Of a stretch of DNA of 64,000 bases, positions 56,241 through 64,000 are shown piece after piece (positions within the stretch are counted from its first letter, which is position 1; every line of letters starts with the position of its first letter). The notes beneath the pieces were generated by a model that saw only the letters and a list, made by a program, of their open reading frames with translations, had not been told where the DNA came from and searched no databases. A program made the position numbers and the translations under genes. Location of the stretch: contig JAYTHY010000042.1 of the NCBI GenBank assembly GCA_043732185.1, positions 32,624 through 96,623 of the forward strand, read 5' to 3'. The stretch is from Fibrobacteria bacterium (GTDB lineage: Bacteria; Fibrobacterota; Fibrobacteria; UBA11236).

Positions 56241-58288
56241 TATTGGTTATGGTATTCAAATCGGGTCTGCGAACCGTCATGGGTTCTTGGAGTTTGGCCA
56301 CTATAATTGGTGCATGTGCTTTATCTGCACAAGGAAATGAGACGGTTCGCCCGGGCTTAAAAGACGTGCTGCCACAAATCTATGTGGCTGCTTTGAAAGC
56401 GGACTCAGCTTATATGGAGCAGCCTTGCGAAGGAAGCGATTCGTCCCAGTGTAGGGTCATCCCGTTTCATTATAGGGGCGATATTCTTTTCAAAGGGGAA
56501 AGACAAGCGGTCTTGCAAACGGATCCTGATAGTTTGGTGCAGTGGCTTTCTATCCAAGGAACCGATGGCCTGGTCGATGGTGTAGTGGATGCGGACATTG
56601 GGCTGGTGTATGTGGAAGCGCTGGGAATGGAGGTTCATAAGGGCTTCTATGCAGCCACCGAGGCCTTATACAAAAATCTTTTACCTCATTTGCGGAAAGA
56701 TTGCCGTATCCGAATTGCCGGACACAGTCTTGGTGGAGCGATGTCCATTTTAATGGCCAACCTGCTTGTCACGGATTATCGGGTGGAGAGCTGCATCACC
56801 TTTGGTCAACCAAAAGTCACAAATGAATCTGGTAGCCAAGTCGCGGCCAAACGACTCAAAGACAAAAATGTCAGGTATATCCGCGTTGTCGATGAACTCG
56901 ACATTGTACCCAAGGTTCCGCCGATCGACTTAAGAATTTTTAAGCGCCTCTTTGCTTCTGTCTATTTCCATTTCGGTGACGAATTGCATCTTGGAGATAG
57001 CAGAGTTGGCCTCGTTTCAACCACTTTCCAAACAAAGAACTGGTTGCAATCTACTCTAGCGGCAATTCCCCGGACGTGCCGGCTCATAGCGATGGAATGT
57101 CGTCAGGATAAATCCTGGCGAACAATAAAGAATTTTGCAAAGGCTAATATCATCGATCATTTTATGGTCAATTATATTGGACGATTGGAGACATTGATCC
57201 GGCAAAACGCTATTGTATTTACCCCGTATGCTAAACTCAAAAGACTCTGTCCGGAGTACCCGCTCAAATCACTCAAGACCTGTCTCCAAACCTGTTTCCA
57301 GCCTGTATTCCAAATGCGTCAATTGAGAAAGAACGAATATTCTATTTCTATTGAATCGGAATGTCGGGAACAGGTAGAGCTCGAAGTGCGGAGTCTGAGT
57401 ACCGATGGAGCCAATCCAGCACCAATTCTAAGTACGGTTACAGCGACTGCGGATTCCAATGCTCCGAAAACGCGTTTGGCCCTATCTCCCAATCAGGCCA
57501 TCCAAGCTTCAGGTGGCTGGGTGAGGTTGGAGTATCATACTGTCGATTCTACATGCGCTTCGCCGGTGTATGGACGGCAGTATCTGCGCGCAGCTAAAAC
57601 CAACAGCGTGATTTTTAGGGTGGGAGCCATGGAAGATGCGACACCAAGCTGGACCCCGACTTTGGAATGGAACCTGATTGCCAGTTCGTTTTGGTTAACC
57701 TGGTTGGAAGGGACCGCAGAGTTTGGGTTGACTGCGCTCAAGCCTGTAGAATACGGAGGCTGGCGGGACGTGATCCGAAATGGATCTGGCCAATTTGATC
57801 CTTTCCAGGACCAGGGCCGTTTATTTCAGGCCCGTTTAACCGCCCATGCCTATCCGGTACCCGCTTCTTTCGTCCCTTCATTTATGGCTGATTTGGAATT
57901 CGCTTCTCAGCCAGGTGGATCGTCCCATGGCACTCGTCTTTACCCAGGACTGTTTGCCATGACCCAAATGGATATTCCAACCTGGTGCTGGACAACCGGA
58001 TGGAGATGGGGCAGCCAGCCCTTGGGTCTGGTCCGCGCGGGATTTGGATACAATAGTCTTTTCGCTTCCTTACCAGCGCCAGGAAAAGGCGATTATCAGG
58101 CGGATTGGAGGCTTGAAGTCGAAATAGGGAGATCGCTGGTCAAATCTTTTTACGTCGTCCCAGTGCTGCGCCTGGTTCAAACGACGCCTATTTGGGACAA
58201 GCAAGTGGGCCCATCCCTGCTGACCTACAGTGCTTTGGTCGACATAGATGTCGGCGCCATGGGCCGTATTTTCGGAATTGGAGAATAA
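56237..58288 (+). CDS. lipase class 3 domain fused to a putative beta-barrel-like domain
   Basis: IQGTD, VHKGFY, AGHSLGGA, TFGQPKV, RVVDELDIVPKVP, DHFMVNY. ATGA overlap at 56237. Confidence 0.75.
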   Translation: MILVMVFKSGLRTVMGSWSLATIIGACALSAQGNETVRPGLKDVLPQIYVAALKADSAYMEQPCEGSDSSQCRVIPFHYRGDILFKGERQAVLQTDPDSLVQWLSIQGTDGLVDGVVDADIGLVYVEALGMEVHKGFYAATEALYKNLLPHLRKDCRIRIAGHSLGGAMSILMANLLVTDYRVESCITFGQPKVTNESGSQVAAKRLKDKNVRYIRVVDELDIVPKVPPIDLRIFKRLFASVYFHFGDELHLGDSRVGLVSTTFQTKNWLQSTLAAIPRTCRLIAMECRQDKSWRTIKNFAKANIIDHFMVNYIGRLETLIRQNAIVFTPYAKLKRLCPEYPLKSLKTCLQTCFQPVFQMRQLRKNEYSISIESECREQVELEVRSLSTDGANPAPILSTVTATADSNAPKTRLALSPNQAIQASGGWVRLEYHTVDSTCASPVYGRQYLRAAKTNSVIFRVGAMEDATPSWTPTLEWNLIASSFWLTWLEGTAEFGLTALKPVEYGGWRDVIRNGSGQFDPFQDQGRLFQARLTAHAYPVPASFVPSFMADLEFASQPGGSSHGTRLYPGLFAMTQMDIPTWCWTTGWRWGSQPLGLVRAGFGYNSLFASLPAPGKGDYQADWRLEVEIGRSLVKSFYVVPVLRLVQTTPIWDKQVGPSLLTYSALVDIDVGAMGRIFGIGE

Positions 58289-58332
58289 GCCCTATTGTGA
58301 CACCGTGATTTAAGAATTAAACTTGTTTCTCT

Positions 58333-60033
58333 GTGCAAGTCAAAAATTTACGCCGTTCATTAAACTGTATTCCATTGGCTCTGGCGTTGACAGTCAGTCT
58401 AGCTACTCATTCCATTCAAGCCGACACGCCAGTTTCAGTTCTGGCTTCACAGTGCCGCATCGATACGCCAGGTCGCATCGAAGTGCTGGACGGCATCCGC
58501 TATGAATATGTCAACCAAGGGTCGAAAACGCCATTGGTTCTGGTGGTACCCGGATTTACCCAGCACAATCGCTCAATGGAATTTTGTATGGTTCGCGATC
58601 ATTTTCTAAGCAGAGGCCTGTCTGTACTGATTATGAATCCACCTCAACACGGTGAAGATTTCCAGTGGACTGGAAAAATATACTCCTGGGGGGAACAGGA
58701 GGCGCGGGATCTAAAAATCTTAACAGACAGCTTGGGTTTGTTCACCAAGCACCCTCAAATCCACGCGCTTGGATTTTCCATCGGCGCAAAGACGGTGATA
58801 CGCTTTGCATCATTGGAAGGCATCAATGGGCACTTAACTTCAGTTATGGCTGTGGCACCCCCATATAGAGTCAGCGACATCAATTCGCGCCTTTCCGGGG
58901 ACATCGGCAAGCCAATGGAAGGTATGATTTCCTCAGGTGCTGCAGTGGATAGAAGTGGGTATGCGCGCATGCTATACATAGCCGCCTTTGGAATGACGAA
59001 AGCGTTGACATCCAATCGTGCCAGCCCTGCCGATGAGATTCTTGCTGTGAGGGATCCCTTGTTGCTTGTGCATGGTTCGGATGATTGGTTGATTAAAGCC
59101 AACCACTCCGTGCGGCTTTACAATCGTTCCGAACCAGGACAATCCGTTGCCCTAGTGATTCTGGATACGCGTACGCATGCAGAGGATTTGATAAGCAGGG
59201 ACCGATCCGCAGTTCGTCAAGGATTGTTCGATGTATTGGATCATTGGGTGGGTTTGACTGCTTCCGGACAAGCGGCACTTCCAAAGGATAGTTTGCAATC
59301 CAGGCTAAAAATCATGTTGGATTCCATTCCATGGGTAAAGGATAACCGTGTTTCGGCGCAGCAGGTTTCTCTGCTTGACCATCCGACCCTATTTCAATCC
59401 GCGGATCGATTGTGGTATACGGCTCCCCAGAATCAGCCTTCGCTGGCCGAGGTGCACTATTCACATTCTTTGAATGCAAAGAATGGTGCCCATTTGAGAA
59501 TGGATGTGGCTCCTTGGCGCGGTGACAAGAATTTACTGAGCGGTTTTGCGGCAGGATTGAACTTGGAAGACAGTGTTGGCAAGGTCCCCAACGGTATGGA
59601 GGCAAACCTATCCTATGCGCAAACTTGGGGTTCAGTCTTATTGTTCCGACGCATTGGGTTTTTGACCGGCATTGGAGGAGAATCCCAACGACGTATTCTA
59701 TCCATGGATTTATGTCTCTACTTACTAAACTTCCAATTGAACTACGGAACTTTTGATACGCAGCGGCGCGACGCGGAGCTGGCGTTCAGCCTACCTTTAA
59801 TCAGTGATGCAGCCGCCTCGTATTTTTTGGGAGTGGGATACAGCGCTTTTTTGACAGGATCAGTGAAGGGCTACCAGCGGGATACTTTTCACTCTTTTTT
59901 AGTATGGGGCCCTAAACGCCAAATTTTTGGAACACGGATTCGGTTTAATCTACAATACCAGCAAGAAGGACCTTTGTCCGCAGGATGGACCCCAACCTTT
60001 TCAGCTGGCGCGTCCCTGTCTCTATTTGAATAA
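58333..60033 (+). CDS. exported alpha/beta hydrolase with a C-terminal beta-strand-rich (barrel-like) domain
   Basis: Signal peptide, VVPGFTQ, GFSIG nucleophile elbow, LLVHGSDDWLI, THAED, terminal strand TFSAGASLSLFE. Confidence 0.7.
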   Translation: MQVKNLRRSLNCIPLALALTVSLATHSIQADTPVSVLASQCRIDTPGRIEVLDGIRYEYVNQGSKTPLVLVVPGFTQHNRSMEFCMVRDHFLSRGLSVLIMNPPQHGEDFQWTGKIYSWGEQEARDLKILTDSLGLFTKHPQIHALGFSIGAKTVIRFASLEGINGHLTSVMAVAPPYRVSDINSRLSGDIGKPMEGMISSGAAVDRSGYARMLYIAAFGMTKALTSNRASPADEILAVRDPLLLVHGSDDWLIKANHSVRLYNRSEPGQSVALVILDTRTHAEDLISRDRSAVRQGLFDVLDHWVGLTASGQAALPKDSLQSRLKIMLDSIPWVKDNRVSAQQVSLLDHPTLFQSADRLWYTAPQNQPSLAEVHYSHSLNAKNGAHLRMDVAPWRGDKNLLSGFAAGLNLEDSVGKVPNGMEANLSYAQTWGSVLLFRRIGFLTGIGGESQRRILSMDLCLYLLNFQLNYGTFDTQRRDAELAFSLPLISDAAASYFLGVGYSAFLTGSVKGYQRDTFHSFLVWGPKRQIFGTRIRFNLQYQQEGPLSAGWTPTFSAGASLSLFE

Positions 60034-60092
60034 CGATTTAGAATAGTGGGCCCCATTTTGGGATTGTTTATTGTGCTTGCATTTGAATATGA

Positions 60093-60112
60093 ATATTCGT
60101 ATATTCTAATAT
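60093..60112. promoter_or_regulatory. candidate ArsR (BigR/SqrR-type) operator
   Basis: Imperfect palindrome ATATTC-N8-TAATAT abutting the ATG at 60113. Confidence 0.45.
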
Positions 60113-60415
60113 ATGAAATCAAAAGAGTTGACTTTACTCGTTAAAAATGCCGAAGCCGCTTCTGATGGCTTGAAATCATTGGCGCATCCAACCCGGCTTC
60201 TGGCAGTCTGTTTTATCGGTTCAGGGGAAAAAATGGTGGGTGAGTTGGAGGTTTTCTTGGGCACATCCCAAAGCAACGTTTCCCAGCATCTTGCCAAATT
60301 GCGTGACAAGGGCATCTTAGCCACCCGCAAAGAAGGCAACCAAGTGTTTTACCGGCTCAAGGACAAAAAAGTCCTCAACCTTATCAGTGCTTTGCAATCC
60401 CTGTATTGTAGTTGA
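60113..60415 (+). CDS. ArsR/SmtB regulator, BigR/SqrR-like persulfide sensor
   Basis: LKSLAHPTRLLAVC, SQSNVSQHLAKLR, and a C-terminal LYC giving the two-Cys arrangement. Confidence 0.85.
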   Translation: MKSKELTLLVKNAEAASDGLKSLAHPTRLLAVCFIGSGEKMVGELEVFLGTSQSNVSQHLAKLRDKGILATRKEGNQVFYRLKDKKVLNLISALQSLYCS

Positions 60416-60448
60416 ATTTTCTTGTAAGGCTTAAGGAAAAGCGGAAGC

Positions 60449-61252
60449 ATGCACTTTGAACTTGGATTTGTATTGGCCGGCCTTGCAGGCCTTAGTCTGG
60501 GCTTAGTTGGAGGCGGGGGGGCCTTGCTCACGGTTCCAATTTTGGTATATGGTTTTCAGGTATCGGCTGTTCTAGGCACGGCCTATTCATTATTCATCGT
60601 TGGGGTTACAAGTTTTGTTGGCGCGATAATGGCCTTACGCAGTAAGCATGTGGTCTTCCGGGTGGTGCTTATGTTTGCCCCGCCTGCTTTTCTCGGCATA
60701 TTTCTGTCCAGAAATTTTATTCTTCACGAAATCCCTGCAAGGATAAGCATAGGAAACCACTTCTCCCAATCCCGTGAAGGCTTGCTGATGTGTGCGTTCG
60801 GATTGGTGATGGTTTTGGCCGCAGTACTAACGTTACGGAAACCTGTAAAAAACCCACCAGCCGCGCAATTAGAATTAAGCATTTCCAACTTGGTAATCTT
60901 GGGATTTACCGTAGGAATTCTAACTGGGCTTTTTGGAGCGGGGGGTGGATTTCTGATAGTTCCGGCTTTGCTTTTCTTTGCTGCCTTGCCAATGGAAAAC
61001 GCCATTGGTACATCTTTAGCAATCATAGCGATCGATGCATGGTTCGGGCTTGCCAGCGACTTGGGTCATTATCAGGGTTGGGATTGGAATTTCGTTTTTT
61101 ACTTCAGTGGATTTTCATTGGCAGGCGTGATGATTGGACAATATTTCAGCAGTCGGATAAGGGGCACCCATCTTAAGACCGTATTTGCCTGGCTGACCAT
61201 GCTCTTAGGGTTGGGGCTTTTCATAAAAGAATTTGTGCAAGGAATAGTATGA
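60449..61252 (+). CDS. TauE/SafE sulfite exporter family protein
   Basis: GLSLGLVGGGGALLTVPILVY and GLFGAGGGFLIVPAL; multiple TM segments. Confidence 0.9.
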   Translation: MHFELGFVLAGLAGLSLGLVGGGGALLTVPILVYGFQVSAVLGTAYSLFIVGVTSFVGAIMALRSKHVVFRVVLMFAPPAFLGIFLSRNFILHEIPARISIGNHFSQSREGLLMCAFGLVMVLAAVLTLRKPVKNPPAAQLELSISNLVILGFTVGILTGLFGAGGGFLIVPALLFFAALPMENAIGTSLAIIAIDAWFGLASDLGHYQGWDWNFVFYFSGFSLAGVMIGQYFSSRIRGTHLKTVFAWLTMLLGLGLFIKEFVQGIV

Positions 61253-62706
61253 TTCTCAAAAAGTTTTATTTGAAATGCCTTTCCCATGGCTCCTATTTCT
61301 TGGCCGATGAAGCATCGCGTGAGGCAGCCATCATTGATCCTCAGAGAGATGTGGAACAATATTTATCCATCCTGACGGAAGAGGGTTACCGGCTGAAATA
61401 CATCTTGGAAACCCATGTACATGCCGATTTCGTATCCGGGCATTGGGATTTGGCGGAGCAAACAGGCGCCAAAGTGGTATTTGGAGCAAAGGCTTTAGCG
61501 AAAAAACCATTTTTAAAAGTTCGGGATGGTGACGAACTTAAATTGGGCGCAGCGATTTCGATCCATGTTCTGGAAACACCGGGCCATACTCCGGAAAGTG
61601 TATGTTACCTAGTCCATGATTTGAAAGCCCCAGACTCCGTGCCCATTTTATTTTCCGGCGATACTCTATTTGTCGGAGATGTGGGCAGGCCGGATCTGCT
61701 GGGAACTAAAATGCCCGCATCGGAGCTGGCCCTGTTGCTCTATAATTCCCTTGAATATAAAATCAAGACGCTGCCTGATGAGACCCGTGTTTACCCTGCG
61801 CATGGGGCGGGATCGGCTTGTGGGAAAAAAATCGGTGATGCTGAGTTCACGACGATTGGAGCCGAGAAAAAAAATAATTACGCCCTGCAAGCCAAGGATC
61901 AGGAAACCTTTATCCACCTTGTCACTTCGGACCTTCCTGCTGCTCCGGGATATTTTACGGAGGACGTCAGGCTTAATTTGGAAGGCGTGCGTTCCTTGAA
62001 GGATGTTGTTCTGGAATTAAAGGCATTATCCATAGCGGAAGTGCAGTCGGCGGTGTTGGAAGGCTCAATGGTGCTGGATACCCGTTCATCGGATGAATAT
62101 TCATCCGGCTCCATTCCCAATGCAATCAATATCGGATTGGAAGGACAGTTTTCACCTTGGCTCGGGACGCTTTTTCCGCCTGACGTTTCCATCGTATTGC
62201 TTTGCGAGGCCGGCACGGAAGAAGAAGCGGCAATCCGGTGTGGTCGTATTGGCTATGAAAAAATTGTGGGCTTTGTGGCAGGCGGTTTCGAGTCCTGGAA
62301 AAATCAAGGGGGACCAGTCGCGCAATTTGTTCGCCTAAGCCCATCAGAATGGAGCGCTTTGGATTTACGTCAACCAGAATTATCCACGAATAAAAAGCTG
62401 CTGCCAGGTGAAGATGTTCCCATATTACTTGATGTTCGCAACCCATCGGAAACTGAACAAGGTGTGATTCCTGGTGCCACAATTATTCCCCTTAATCGGC
62501 TGAATTCGGAAATGGACACATTGGATCGAAATAGACCAATACGTATTTATTGCGGAAGCGGTTACCGTTCTTCCATCGCGGCGAGCATTTTGCGTAACCG
62601 GGGTTACAAAAATATACAGGATTTATCCGGAGGAATGAATGCCTATGGCAGAGCGGGTCTGCCAGTGCATTATTTTTTGGAATCTGAATTGCATAAAATG
62701 TCGTAA
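61249..62706 (+). CDS. persulfide dioxygenase-like MBL-fold hydrolase fused to two rhodanese domains
   Basis: ETHVHADFVSG, TPGHTPE, GDTLFVGDVGRPDL, PAHGAGSACG; active rhodanese loop YCGSGYRS. Confidence 0.9.
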   Translation: MILKKFYLKCLSHGSYFLADEASREAAIIDPQRDVEQYLSILTEEGYRLKYILETHVHADFVSGHWDLAEQTGAKVVFGAKALAKKPFLKVRDGDELKLGAAISIHVLETPGHTPESVCYLVHDLKAPDSVPILFSGDTLFVGDVGRPDLLGTKMPASELALLLYNSLEYKIKTLPDETRVYPAHGAGSACGKKIGDAEFTTIGAEKKNNYALQAKDQETFIHLVTSDLPAAPGYFTEDVRLNLEGVRSLKDVVLELKALSIAEVQSAVLEGSMVLDTRSSDEYSSGSIPNAINIGLEGQFSPWLGTLFPPDVSIVLLCEAGTEEEAAIRCGRIGYEKIVGFVAGGFESWKNQGGPVAQFVRLSPSEWSALDLRQPELSTNKKLLPGEDVPILLDVRNPSETEQGVIPGATIIPLNRLNSEMDTLDRNRPIRIYCGSGYRSSIAASILRNRGYKNIQDLSGGMNAYGRAGLPVHYFLESELHKMS

Positions 62707-62738
62707 ACGCTTGAACAACTCATAAAAAGGAGAATTGT

Positions 62739-62945
62739 ATGATAAAGAATATCGCCACCTTCGACCGCATTGGTAGAGTGGCTTTCGGAATAATAGTATT
62801 GGCAATGTTCCTACTAGGCAAAATCAGCGGAGTCTTGGCAATCAGCCTGGGGGCCTTGAGTTTAATTTTTTTAGGGACCAGCCTGCTTGGCTTCTGCCCC
62901 ATTTATAAAATGCTTGGAATCTCAACCTGTAAAGTGAAGGAATAA
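62739..62945 (+). CDS. DUF2892/YgaP-like small membrane protein
   Basis: KNI..FDR..R, two TM segments, GFCPIYKMLGISTC. Confidence 0.85.
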   Translation: MIKNIATFDRIGRVAFGIIVLAMFLLGKISGVLAISLGALSLIFLGTSLLGFCPIYKMLGISTCKVKE

Positions 62946-62950
62946 CCGAG

Positions 62951-63268
62951 ATGTTCACGTTTATTAAAAACGCATTGGGATTGGGAGAAACGATTGACTT
63001 TGCAGCATTGGTTCAAGAAGGGGCCCAAATTGTGGATGTCCGGACCAAGGATGAATTTCAAGGTGGACATATAAAAGGGTCGGTGAATATTCCTCTCCAA
63101 GTTCTGACGCATAAACTGTCCAGCATTCGTAAAGACAAAACAGTCATTGTCTGTTGTGCCAGCGGAGCGCGAAGCGCCAGTGCGAAAGGGATTTTGACAT
63201 CCAGTGGATTTTCGGATGTGCACAATGGTGGAGGATGGAGAGGTTTGCAGGGAAAATTGAACCGTTAG
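62951..63268 (+). CDS. rhodanese-like sulfurtransferase
   Basis: IVDVRT..EF..GHIKGSVNIPL, CCASGARS. Confidence 0.9.
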   Translation: MFTFIKNALGLGETIDFAALVQEGAQIVDVRTKDEFQGGHIKGSVNIPLQVLTHKLSSIRKDKTVIVCCASGARSASAKGILTSSGFSDVHNGGGWRGLQGKLNR

Positions 63269-63327
63269 ACTCACTGCGGGTGGGATGACACGCAATGGGA
63301 AGCTATGTTGATTAATTAGGAAATATC

Positions 63328-64000
63328 ATGTCTCGCTCGCAACGCCTGTTAGAAATATTGGAAATTTTAAGACGCAATCGGTATCCGATAACGGGCGCCG
63401 CATTGGCGCAGAAGCTTGGCATCAGTCCACGATCGCTATACCGGGACATCGTTACTCTACAGGCGCAAGGCGCATCCATCGAAGGCGCCACCGGTCTAGG
63501 CTACATTCTGAAACCCGGTTTCACTTTGCCTCCTTTGATGTTTCAGCCCGATGAAATTGAGGCTCTGGTGCTTGGAGCCCGGTGGGTAGCGGAGCGGACA
63601 GACGATATCCTGGGAGCTGCCGCAGAAAATGCCTTAGCCAAAATTGCAGCCGTACTTCCGCCGCATTTGCGAGTAGAATTGGATAACAATACGCTCATGA
63701 TACCTCCTGGAGCGCTCAAGGCTTCGGAAGGAAAGAATATTCCTGCCCTGCGAAAAGCCATTCGCGATCAGAAAAAAGTGAAGCTTGTCTATCGAGACGG
63801 CAAAGACCAAGGAACCTCCCGTATCGTTTGGCCGTTTGCCCTGGCTTTCTTTGACACCTCTCGGGTGGTCGTCACAAGGTGCGAGATGCGGGCGGGATTC
63901 CGGAATTTCCGTACGGATCGCATCGAAAGCGCAGAGGTGCTAGGCAAGGTTTATCCGCGGAAACGCCAGGTGTTGCTTGAGGAATGGCGCATTCAGGAAG
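63328..64000 (+). CDS. YafY-family HTH-WYL transcriptional regulator (partial, runs off window end)
   Basis: Hand translation: MSRSQRLLEILEILRRNRYPITGAALAQKLGISPRSLYRDIVTLQAQGASIEG..GLGYIL.PGF.LPPLMF..RIVWPFALAFF..CEMRAGFRNFRTDRI. Absent from the ORF track because it has no stop in the window. Confidence 0.88.
   Translation, partial: MSRSQRLLEILEILRRNRYPITGAALAQKLGISPRSLYRDIVTLQAQGASIEGATGLGYILKPGFTLPPLMFQPDEIEALVLGARWVAERTDDILGAAAENALAKIAAVLPPHLRVELDNNTLMIPPGALKASEGKNIPALRKAIRDQKKVKLVYRDGKDQGTSRIVWPFALAFFDTSRVVVTRCEMRAGFRNFRTDRIESAEVLGKVYPRKRQVLLEEWRIQE

Overview
Bacterial chromosomal window in five blocks. (1) 1-20.4 kb: the distal half of an extracellular contractile injection system (eCIS)-like locus. 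It holds a gp25-like gene end, two baseplate J-like genes, a P2 gpI-like tail gene, a DUF6519-like beta-helix protein and a small accessory gene. Three tandem DUF4157-like polymorphic effectors follow, sharing an RKAxCxCGGGCxxC leader but ending in different warheads (REase-fold nuclease, zinc metallopeptidase, AHH-type HNH nuclease), with no immunity genes. One baseplate protein carries a roughly 280-aa Ala-rich helical hairpin with a hydrophobic tip. (2) 20.5-32.4 kb: an uncharacterised sugar/polyol catabolic cluster (fused TPP E1 alpha/beta, DeoR, PHP protein, aldolase-SDR fusion, Zn dehydrogenase, FGGY kinase, double-GntR regulator). (3) 32.7-39.6 kb: an AT-richer accessory island with an IS1634 remnant, a PEP-CTERM protein, a repeat-protein pseudogene split by an intact IS5 with a TTCA target duplication, and a YCF48-like protein. 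(4) 39.6-54.7 kb: housekeeping genes (trpF, polA, coaE, ECF sigma/anti-sigma/vWA, tRNA-Val(CAC), a CRP-family gene with two CRP boxes, purF, thrH). (5) 54.9-64 kb: three exported proteins, two of them hydrolases fused to putative beta-barrels, a persulfide-detoxification operon and a partial YafY/WYL regulator. All family calls come from motif recognition by eye; no database searches were run.
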